From Myxococcota bacterium (lineage in GTDB: Bacteria; Myxococcota; XYA12-FULL-58-9; JALHOP01): a DNA stretch of 40,496 bases. A program made the position numbers and the translations under genes. The stretch is from NCBI GenBank assembly GCA_041288095.1, contig JBGGMJ010000037.1:1-40496 (forward strand), in the 5' to 3' direction. Below the pieces are notes generated by a model that did no database searches, was not told the DNA's origin, and saw nothing but the letters and a program-made list of their open reading frames with translations. Each line of letters starts with the position of its first letter. Position 1 is the stretch's first letter. Below are positions 1 through 7,452 of this stretch, one piece after another.

Positions 1-1
1 C

Positions 2-466
2 GGCAGCGACAGTGTCAGCGTGAAGCTCTACGACTTCGACGCGGCTCGCTGGATCGACAAGGGCACCGGCCGCTCGACGGCCATCCTGCCGCACGGCGCC
101 ATCCTCGGCACACCCGGCTACATGGCTCCAGAGCAGGAGCACGGCGGCCACGTCGATCACCGCGCCGACATCTATGCGTTCGGCGTCGTCATGTACGAAA
201 TGCTCACCAACGCTTGCCCGTACGGCCAAACGACGTCTTTCTCGGACATGGTGCGCACGCGTTTGTTCGGCACACCAAAGCCGCTCCGAGCCTTCCGCCA
301 CCTCAACGAGCTACCCTCGAGCGTCGACGCCCTCGTGCGTCGCTGCATCGAGCGCGCGCCGGAGAAGCGCCCACACGACATGACCGAGGTGAGCGCCATG
401 TTGCGCGACGTGGCGCTCGACCTCGAGGAAGTCGGTGAAATGACGCAGGAGCTGGTCGCCGCTTAG
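2..466 (+). CDS. Hanks-type Ser/Thr protein kinase, C-terminal part (5' end outside window)
   Basis: Frame is open from the window start. Kinase motifs present: VKLYDFD (DFG position), [38 protein letters not shown]. Confidence 0.92.
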   Translation, partial: GSDSVSVKLYDFDAARWIDKGTGRSTAILPHGAILGTPGYMAPEQEHGGHVDHRADIYAFGVVMYEMLTNACPYGQTTSFSDMVRTRLFGTPKPLRAFRHLNELPSSVDALVRRCIERAPEKRPHDMTEVSAMLRDVALDLEEVGEMTQELVAA

Positions 467-552
467 GTTTGGAGCTTTTCGAAACGTGAGTCGCGGAAAG
501 CGTCATCAACTTGGACTGCTTTCGCCGTTTCGACTAACCTCCTTCCGTAGCG

Positions 553-1413
553 ATGGCGACCCAGTTCTTCGGCCAATTCCTGCTCGCGCGCGGTCTTCTG
601 TCGCGAGCACAGCTGCTGGACGCCGTCGAGTACCAGGAGCGGCAGAACCTGCGCTTGGGTGACTACGCCGTCAAAAAAGGCTTCATCACCCCCGCCGACG
701 CGGCCCGCATCCATACCGCGCAGACGACCCGCGACATCCAGTTCGGCGAAGCCGCCGTCGAGCTCGGCTTCCTCGCGCGCGACCAGCTCAAGGAGCTGCT
801 CCGCGCCCAGCAAGCCGACCACCTCTACCTCGGCGACTGCCTTACCCGACTCGGCGTCCTGTCCGCCGAAGCGGTCACCAAGGCGCTCGCCGAGTATCGC
901 GAGGATCAACGCGGCCAAGAAGGCGACGTCCTCCGCATACCCGACGACTTTCCCGAGGTCGCCTTCGCGTCCGAGGCCTGCGAGCTCACCCGCAAGATGC
1001 TCCTGCGTCTCTGGGGCACGCCCACCAAGTATGGTGCAGCGACCTCCGGTGTCGCCGAGCTCAAGCTGCCCGGCACCGCCGCGAGCGTCGACGTGCGCGG
1101 AGACGTCGTGTGCCGCTACATCATCGGCATCCCCGACGAGCTCACCTTGCACGCCATGCGCCGCCTCTTCGGCACCGTCGACACCCAGAGCCGCGAGGAC
1201 CGCATCGACTTGGTGAGCGAGCTCGCCAACATCGTCATGGGAAACCTCGCCGGCACCTTCGCGAGCATGGGCCAGACCATCGAGCTCTCGGCACCAAAGC
1301 TTGCCCCGGCGCAGCTCCGTCTCGAAGGCGAGAAGGCCCTTGTGCTGCGCCTGATCGCGCCGCTCAATGAGCTGGCGATCGCCATCACTTACGCTTCCGG
1401 CTTCCGCGTTTGA
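553..1413 (+). CDS. CheX-like chemotaxis phosphatase with N-terminal MshEN-like repeats
   Basis: Four N-terminal repeats of type (R/Q/Y/F)(L/F)GxxxxxxGxxxxxxxxxxxxxQ. C-terminal DLVSELANIVMGN carries the CheC/CheX E-xx-N motif, followed by IELSAP. Confidence 0.8.
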   Translation: MATQFFGQFLLARGLLSRAQLLDAVEYQERQNLRLGDYAVKKGFITPADAARIHTAQTTRDIQFGEAAVELGFLARDQLKELLRAQQADHLYLGDCLTRLGVLSAEAVTKALAEYREDQRGQEGDVLRIPDDFPEVAFASEACELTRKMLLRLWGTPTKYGAATSGVAELKLPGTAASVDVRGDVVCRYIIGIPDELTLHAMRRLFGTVDTQSREDRIDLVSELANIVMGNLAGTFASMGQTIELSAPKLAPAQLRLEGEKALVLRLIAPLNELAIAITYASGFRV

Positions 1414-1603
1414 CGGCCCCCCGGCGCGGCCAACCGAGATCACCGTCACCGTCGTGCAGCGTCAGCAGCGGATGGCGCTCCGCCGCGAACATGCCGGTGT
1501 CGAGGTAGCCCTCGGCGACGAGGTCATCGTCGCCGAAGTGTTGATAGCTGATGCCACCGCTCGATCCGAGGGTGATGAGCGTGGCTGAATCTCGGCGGTT
1601 CAT
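1385..1603 (-). CDS. Small hypothetical protein (72 aa, MNRRDSATL...)
   Basis: ATG at 1603 is preceded by GGAG, and a sigma-54-like site lies about 50 bp upstream. No family recognised. Confidence 0.45.
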   Translation of the reverse strand: MNRRDSATLITLGSSGGISYQHFGDDDLVAEGYLDTGMFAAERHPLLTLHDGDGDLGWPRRGAVKRGSRKRK

Positions 1604-1652
1604 GGGGACTCTCCGTTTCCGCGCCGCGATAGCGGTCGCGTTGCGAGAGAGT

Positions 1653-1667
1653 TCAAGGGCGATGCCA
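1653..1667 (-). promoter_or_regulatory. Putative sigma-54 (-24/-12) promoter
   Basis: Minus strand reads TGGCATC-GCCC-TTGA against consensus TGGCACG-N4-TTGC. Spacing is correct; the -12 element deviates (GA). Confidence 0.4.
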
Positions 1668-1783
1668 ACGGCGGGAGCGCGGCAGCGGCGTTTTGGCCGC
1701 ATCGAGGCGGTGCGGGGAGGTGCGTGTGTCATTCTGCGACGAATTTTCTCGACGGACGCTGCTCAGGCGACCGACAAGAGCGC

Positions 1784-2743
1784 ATGCGCCGCAGCATCAA
1801 GGTGAGTGGGCCCAACGCGGGGCGACGCGTCGATGCGTTCTTGCGCAAAGAGCTGGCGAGCGTGCCGCGGCACACGTTGATGAAGTGGCTACGGACGGGG
1901 GTCGTGAGGGTCAACGGGAAGAAGGTGAAGCCGGAGGCTCGGCTGAATGAGGGGGATGAGATTGGGATGCCGGTGCTCGAAGAGGACCGAGGACCGAAAG
2001 CCGATGACCGATCGCCGAAAGCCGATCGCCGATTACCGAAGACCGATCTGCGAGTCATCTTCGAGGATCCGGACCTCCTCATCGTCGACAAGCCCGCGCA
2101 CCTGCCCGCGCACGCCGGCACTGGCCACAGCGATTCCCTCGCCGCGCGCGTGATCGCATATCTCGATGCCGAGCACGCTCCGGTCGGTCACAAACCCGGC
2201 CTTGCCCAACGCCTCGACAGCGGCGTCAGCGGCCTCGTGCCCATCGGCAAACACGCCGCCGCCCTGCGTGTGCTCGCCGCCGCTGTTGCCGCTGACGAGG
2301 TTCGCAAGATTTACCGCGGTGTCGTCCTGGGCGAGCTCGCCGAAGCCGAAGGTGAAATCCTCCTCGCCCTGCGCATCGATGATGAACCGATGGGCAACCG
2401 CCCGCGTGTCCATCCCGATCGCAACGGCCTGCCCGCGCACACCACGTGGAAGCGGGTCGAGCTCCTCGCTGGCGCGAGCGTCGTCGACGTCGAGATCCAC
2501 ACCGGCCGTACCCATCAGATCCGCGCGCATCTCAAAGCCATCGGCCATCCGCTCATCGGTGACCCGCGCTACGGCAACCCTCTCGCGGAAAAAAAGCTCG
2601 GCGTCGCGACGGCGATCGATCGTCCGGCCTTGCACGCGCGCCGCCTCACGCTGCGCCACCCGACGACCCGCGAAGACCTCGCCGCCGACGCGCCTCTGCC
2701 GGCGGACATGAGCCGCCTCCTTGCCGCCCTGCGCCGGCGCTAG
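1784..2743 (+). CDS. RluA-family pseudouridine synthase with N-terminal S4 domain (RluC/RluD-like)
   Basis: S4-like GRRVDAFLRK...VRVNGKKVK, then DKPAHL, QRLDSGVSG (catalytic Asp), TGRTHQIRAHL, GHPLIGDPRYG and LHARRL. Confidence 0.95.
   Translation: MRRSIKVSGPNAGRRVDAFLRKELASVPRHTLMKWLRTGVVRVNGKKVKPEARLNEGDEIGMPVLEEDRGPKADDRSPKADRRLPKTDLRVIFEDPDLLIVDKPAHLPAHAGTGHSDSLAARVIAYLDAEHAPVGHKPGLAQRLDSGVSGLVPIGKHAAALRVLAAAVAADEVRKIYRGVVLGELAEAEGEILLALRIDDEPMGNRPRVHPDRNGLPAHTTWKRVELLAGASVVDVEIHTGRTHQIRAHLKAIGHPLIGDPRYGNPLAEKKLGVATAIDRPALHARRLTLRHPTTREDLAADAPLPADMSRLLAALRRR
1984..2046 (+). repeat. Tandem heptanucleotide array (NNNCCGA)x9 inside the pseudouridine synthase linker
   Basis: GGACCGA GGACCGA AAGCCGA TGACCGA TCGCCGA AAGCCGA TCGCCGA TTACCGA AGACCGA, followed by a degenerate TCTGCGA. 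Confidence 0.9.
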
Positions 2744-2760
2744 TAGGAACCCCCCACCTC

Positions 2761-3939
2761 ATGACCGAACCGACGACCGTCGCGCCCAAACCGGCAACTC
2801 CAGCGACCGATCCCGCGCCGACTCCAGCGAGCGCCGCGCGTCTCGTCTATTTCGTCCTGCTCATCTTCTCGCTGATCCTGGTCTCCACGATCTTCGTCCC
2901 CGTATGGAAGCCGGTCGTGCTCGGCGCCGTCCTGGCGGCCACGCTCATCCGCTACTACGAAAAGTTCGTTGTCCGCCTTCGCGGACGCAAGAGCCTCGCC
3001 GGCATCCTCATGACCATCGGTGTCCTGGTGTTCGTGCTCTTGCCGCTCGCCGGCGTTTTGTCCTTCCTGGTCGTGCAAGGCACGCAAGCGGCGAAGGTCA
3101 TCAGCGATCTCCTCAACTCGAGCCACGGGCTCGAGGAGTTTCTCGCGATGTTGCCGGACTCCGTGCAGGGCTCGGCGCGCACCCTGGTCGAGATGGTGCC
3201 CATCGATCTGCAGCAGCTCTCCCAGCGCGCCGCCGAAGGCGGCAAATGGGCGGCGACCACCGTCGGCAGCGTCTTGTCGGTTACCTCGTCGATCGTCTTC
3301 AGCCTCAGCCTCGCGCTCATCTCGTTCTACTTCTTCCTCGTCGACGGACCGGCGTTCGTCCGCTGGCTCGCCGAGGTACTGCCGCTCAAGGATCGGCAGA
3401 CCTACGAGGTGCTCGACGACTTCCGGCAGATGGCTCGTGCCGTCATCGGCTCGAACATCATCGTTGGCGGCACCCAGGCGATCGTCGCGGGCATCGGCTA
3501 CACCATCGCGCCGATTCCGCATCCCATCTTCTTCGGCATCGTGACCTTCCTCGCGTCGTTCATCCCATCGGTGGGCACCGCCATCGTCTCGATCCCGCTC
3601 ATTGGCTTGCTCCTGCTGGTCGGCAAGCCCTGGTGGGCGCTCTTCCTCGCCATCTGGTGCTTGGGCCTCGTCGGCGCCGTCGACAACATCCTGCGGCCCA
3701 TCCTGCTGCGCGGCGCGGGTCATGTTCACGCCGCCATCGTCTTCTTCTCGCTCATCGGCGGCATCGGCATCTTCGGACCGATGGGCCTCATCGTCGGACC
3801 GCTCGCCATCACCTTCGTGGTTGCGATGATTCGGCTGTGGCAGCGCGACTTCAATCCGCAGACACGGCGCCCCGAGTCCGTGCTCGATGACCGACCTCGC
3901 GAAGCGCTAGTGTCCGCCCAAGCAGACAACAAGGTCTAG
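2761..3939 (+). CDS. AI-2E family transporter
   Basis: Multi-TM protein with FYFFLVDG, FLASFIPSVGT, VDNILRPILL and GGIGIFGPMGLIVGP motifs. Confidence 0.93.
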   Translation: MTEPTTVAPKPATPATDPAPTPASAARLVYFVLLIFSLILVSTIFVPVWKPVVLGAVLAATLIRYYEKFVVRLRGRKSLAGILMTIGVLVFVLLPLAGVLSFLVVQGTQAAKVISDLLNSSHGLEEFLAMLPDSVQGSARTLVEMVPIDLQQLSQRAAEGGKWAATTVGSVLSVTSSIVFSLSLALISFYFFLVDGPAFVRWLAEVLPLKDRQTYEVLDDFRQMARAVIGSNIIVGGTQAIVAGIGYTIAPIPHPIFFGIVTFLASFIPSVGTAIVSIPLIGLLLLVGKPWWALFLAIWCLGLVGAVDNILRPILLRGAGHVHAAIVFFSLIGGIGIFGPMGLIVGPLAITFVVAMIRLWQRDFNPQTRRPESVLDDRPREALVSAQADNKV

Positions 3940-6317
3940 GCGACGCGCGAAGCCGCGGGACGTCGCGCCGGTGCCGCGTACATCGGGCCCTGCATGGTCT
4001 CACCGCCGCCGATGTGGCGGAAGAACGCCTCGGGATCGGTGACGTGATAGCCCTGCAGCCCATCGCGGTAGGTGCGACCGTCGGTGCGTGTGCCCGGTAG
4101 TGGCTGCGCCGTGCGGATCCACGAGGGGATCTTCACCAAGCTCACCTGATAGCCGCCTTGCGAGAGATAGACCGGGCCGGTCGGGTTGGCGGGCGCGTAC
4201 AGAAGGTTCGTACGCGGGTCGACGTAGAAGCGAATGCGCGCGTCGCCTTCGTTCACGGTCGCGTTGTCGAACCCTTCATAGAAGACGCGGCCGTCACCGT
4301 CGGTACCGCGGCGGTCGATGGTCACCGAATGGCGGAGGCCCGAGCCCGGGTTGCCACGCGCCGCGCCGGGATCACCACGGCGCATCACCGCGATCTGCAC
4401 CGGCACCGACATGTCGAGCATCGTATCGATGGCGCGACGGCCGGCGGTCAGATGGCGGCCGTCAGCGCGGATGGCGCCGAGCACGTTGTTCGCGCCGTAG
4501 GCCATATAGTGGTTGAAGCCACCGGCGAGCGTGGTGCGCGCCATGTTGGACGAGGCGATGGTTTCGCCGGCGCGGCGGAAACAGCCAGCAGGGTCGGAAT
4601 CGCGATAGCCGGAGAAGCGCGTCGGGATTTGCACCGGACGAACGCTGGCGTCGCGGAGTGCATCGTCGGCGCCGGGGGCGCGCTGCGTGTAGGCACGGAA
4701 CTGTTGGTCGAAGCCCTGCAACACGTGGCGGCGGATGAGCCCGAGCACTCGCCCGGCGTCCGAGTCCGTCGTCGTGCCGGCGCGCCGGTGACCGAGGCTG
4801 ATGGTGTTGGGCCGCAGGCTTTCTTCGCGGTTCCCGGGCCGCTCCGCCAGCGTGTCGAAGAGGTAGCTCGCAAGCTCGCCGGAGCTGCGGCCATGGCGCT
4901 GCACTTCCGCGGGATCGATGCCGGCGTCGCGCAGGAGGTCAGCGACCTTGCGCGGACCATTCGCTGTCGGAATTTGCTGGTTGAGGCGCTCAGCGGTGAC
5001 GTAGCCGGCCGCCAAGTCCTCGGCGAGATCTTGGCGGGTCTGCAAATTGTAGCGCCGCGTGTGACGATCGAGGACCTCGAGGACGCGGCCGGCGGGCGTG
5101 CGCTCACCGTCGACGTCCTTCACCCACGGGCGGATGACACCGTTGCGTCCGCCAAAGCGGTTACTGGCGAGCAGCGCGTGCAGGCGCTGCCAGGCGGCCC
5201 CCGCGGCATTTCGGTCGGTGTTGCCGCCGATCGCGTCACCGCTAGTGGTCAGGCGGCGCAGCTCCGCGACGTCGACCCCCGCGCTGCGGAAGGCTTCGGT
5301 GAGGTGCTGCCAGGCGGCGGGATCAGTCCGCTCGACTTCGGCGAGGTCGAGGCGCGCGTCGCGGTGGTAGTTGGAGAACGTATCGAGCTCGATGCTGCTG
5401 CGCGCGGCGAGTGGCTGGTTGCGACCGCTGGCCAGGGGGCTCTCGGACAGGACGGCGGAGGGTGGCGGAATCAGGGTGTCAGGGCGCGACTCTTGACGGG
5501 ACGGACCCTGCTGGACGCCGCGCTGGTCGAAGAGGCTCCGCAGGATACTGACTGATCGATAGGTGTGGTTCTCGTCGGGACGCTCGGGAGCGCGCGGCTC
5601 GAGTGGGAATGGCGTCTCACGCTGCGCTACGGCGCTCGGGCCCCTGGCCGTCATCGTCGCGCCGTTGCCGTCGCTATCCAAGTTGTCGAGGCGGCGGAAC
5701 ATGCGCGAGAGGAAGTCCGACGAGACCTGCTGCGGCAGCTGCGAGTTTTGCAGACGCGTGCGGAGTTGCTCGTAGACGCCCGCGGTCTGCAGGAGCTTGA
5801 CCTGGTCGCCGGTGAGGTTGCGGAAGCGCTCGGCGTTGAATTCGCCGTTCATGAAGCCGGCGACGAACTCTTCCTCGGTGAAGCGCACGTCGTTTTCCGT
5901 GCTCTCGAGGATGCGCTTGAACGCGCGGCCGGAGTGCGTGAGCGTCGATTCGCCCGGCCCTGCGTCGCCCGCGGTGTACAAGGTGATCGAGCGCGATGAG
6001 CCGTTGACGTCGAAGCTATCGAGCCAGGCGAACACTTCCGCGGCGCGGGTGCCGTTGATGTAGCCTTTGCTGTCGGCCATGGCTTGCAGCCGTTGCAAGC
6101 GGGCGTCGGCCATCTGCTCGGCCAAGGCATCGCGGCGCTCGGGCGTCAAATCACGACGGCGCTCGAGCTCGGTGCGAATCACAGCCACAGCCGAGGCGCG
6201 CAGCTCGGCACGCACAGCGCTGTTGCCCAGCAACGTGTTGACGTTCAACCGGGCCTGCTGAAAGCGGGTCGTCAGGTCACGAACGTCTACGGTGTTGGCT
6301 GTGCTGCGCTGCGACAT
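3936..6317 (-). CDS. Large hypothetical protein with helical repeats and a C-terminal papain-like Cys-His-Asp domain; paralogue of 7449..10307
   Basis: 793-aa ORF with ATG at 6317 after GAGG. Collinear similarity with the 952-aa ORF. Candidate triad in GCFRRA, RHSVTI and FDNA. Confidence 0.75.
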   Translation of the reverse strand: MSQRSTANTVDVRDLTTRFQQARLNVNTLLGNSAVRAELRASAVAVIRTELERRRDLTPERRDALAEQMADARLQRLQAMADSKGYINGTRAAEVFAWLDSFDVNGSSRSITLYTAGDAGPGESTLTHSGRAFKRILESTENDVRFTEEEFVAGFMNGEFNAERFRNLTGDQVKLLQTAGVYEQLRTRLQNSQLPQQVSSDFLSRMFRRLDNLDSDGNGATMTARGPSAVAQRETPFPLEPRAPERPDENHTYRSVSILRSLFDQRGVQQGPSRQESRPDTLIPPPSAVLSESPLASGRNQPLAARSSIELDTFSNYHRDARLDLAEVERTDPAAWQHLTEAFRSAGVDVAELRRLTTSGDAIGGNTDRNAAGAAWQRLHALLASNRFGGRNGVIRPWVKDVDGERTPAGRVLEVLDRHTRRYNLQTRQDLAEDLAAGYVTAERLNQQIPTANGPRKVADLLRDAGIDPAEVQRHGRSSGELASYLFDTLAERPGNREESLRPNTISLGHRRAGTTTDSDAGRVLGLIRRHVLQGFDQQFRAYTQRAPGADDALRDASVRPVQIPTRFSGYRDSDPAGCFRRAGETIASSNMARTTLAGGFNHYMAYGANNVLGAIRADGRHLTAGRRAIDTMLDMSVPVQIAVMRRGDPGAARGNPGSGLRHSVTIDRRGTDGDGRVFYEGFDNATVNEGDARIRFYVDPRTNLLYAPANPTGPVYLSQGGYQVSLVKIPSWIRTAQPLPGTRTDGRTYRDGLQGYHVTDPEAFFRHIGGGETMQGPMYAAPARRPAASRVA

Positions 6318-6358
6318 CAAACACGACCTCTCAGAGACGAGACTGGCCCATGATCGAA

Positions 6359-6387
6359 ATTATCGTTGCCAGGCCGAGTCCGATGCG
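6359..6387 (-). promoter_or_regulatory. Sigma-28-like promoter motif copy
   Basis: Minus strand CGCATC-N15-ACGATAAT, about 40 bp upstream of ATG 6317. Confidence 0.55.
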
Positions 6388-6402
6388 CATGATGAACCTG
6401 AC

Positions 6403-7452
6403 ATGCTGGCACGTGGTTTCCCCAGTGTTGGTAGGGCCTTAGCGGTCATCGCAGTGCTCACGAGCAGCGCTTGTTTCTGGGCGGCGCCGGGTCACCGGGG
6501 CCCAACGAGCCAACACTTCGACGGCCGCGAGTTCTCGAACCTCGGCCGGCGTGACGTGCATGGCTTCGCCAAGGCGATGTGGCTGTTCGCGTTCACCCAT
6601 CGCGACGCGTGGGGTCACCGCGACATCCAACCCTCGGTCCCCCCACGGCGCGTCGGCCAAGGCGAGCTGCGCATCACCTTCGTGAACCACGCCACCATGC
6701 TCATGCAGTTCGACGGCCTCAACGTGGTCACTGACCCTGTCTACTCGGACCTCGTCGGCCCCGTCTCCTTCGCGGGCGTCCGCCGGCTGCACGACCCTGG
6801 AGTCGCTTTAGCGGACTTGCCGCCGATCGACGCGGTGCTCGTGAGCCACAACCACTACGATCACATGGACATGCCCACCCTCCGTACGCTTTCGCATAAC
6901 CACGCGCCGCGTATCTTCGCCGGGCTCGGTAGCAAACACCTGCTCGACGAACAGGGCGTGCTCGGGGGCGAGGATCTCGATTGGTGGGAGACGAGCGAGC
7001 TCGCGCCGGGCATTCGCGTCACCGCCGTGCCGGTACGCCACTGGTCCCGGCGCGGCGTCGGCGACACCGACAACACGTTGTGGTGCGGCTTCGTCATCGA
7101 GACCTCGCGCGGCCCGGTGTACTTCGCCGGTGACACTGGCTTCGGCGAGCACTTCCACATGGCCTACGAGCGCTTCGGGCCGATGCGCGCGGCGATGCTG
7201 CCTATCGGCTCCTACAAGCCCCAGAGCTACATGCATATCTCGCACATGAGCCCGGACGCGGCGCTCGAGGCCCACCTGCAGCTCGCCTCGAGCCTCAGCA
7301 TCGCGATGCATTTTGGCAGCTTCCAGCTCGCCTTCGACGATCAGGGCGAAGCCGAAGCGCGTTTGCTCGCCGAGGCCGAGCGACGCGGTATCCCTGGCTT
7401 CGTCGTGCTGGCTCCCGGCGAAACCCGGGTCATAGGGGCCGTGGACCGCTAG
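6403..7452 (+). CDS. MBL-fold metallo-hydrolase, NAPE-PLD/RomA-like, probable lipoprotein
   Basis: ITFVNHAT, TDPVYS, SHNHYDHMD (HxHxDH), HWSRR, YFAGDTGF, LPIGSY and MHFGSF motifs. N-terminal hydrophobic stretch ends in LTSSAC. Confidence 0.92.
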   Translation: MLARGFPSVGRALAVIAVLTSSACFWAAPGHRGPTSQHFDGREFSNLGRRDVHGFAKAMWLFAFTHRDAWGHRDIQPSVPPRRVGQGELRITFVNHATMLMQFDGLNVVTDPVYSDLVGPVSFAGVRRLHDPGVALADLPPIDAVLVSHNHYDHMDMPTLRTLSHNHAPRIFAGLGSKHLLDEQGVLGGEDLDWWETSELAPGIRVTAVPVRHWSRRGVGDTDNTLWCGFVIETSRGPVYFAGDTGFGEHFHMAYERFGPMRAAMLPIGSYKPQSYMHISHMSPDAALEAHLQLASSLSIAMHFGSFQLAFDDQGEAEARLLAEAERRGIPGFVVLAPGETRVIGAVDR

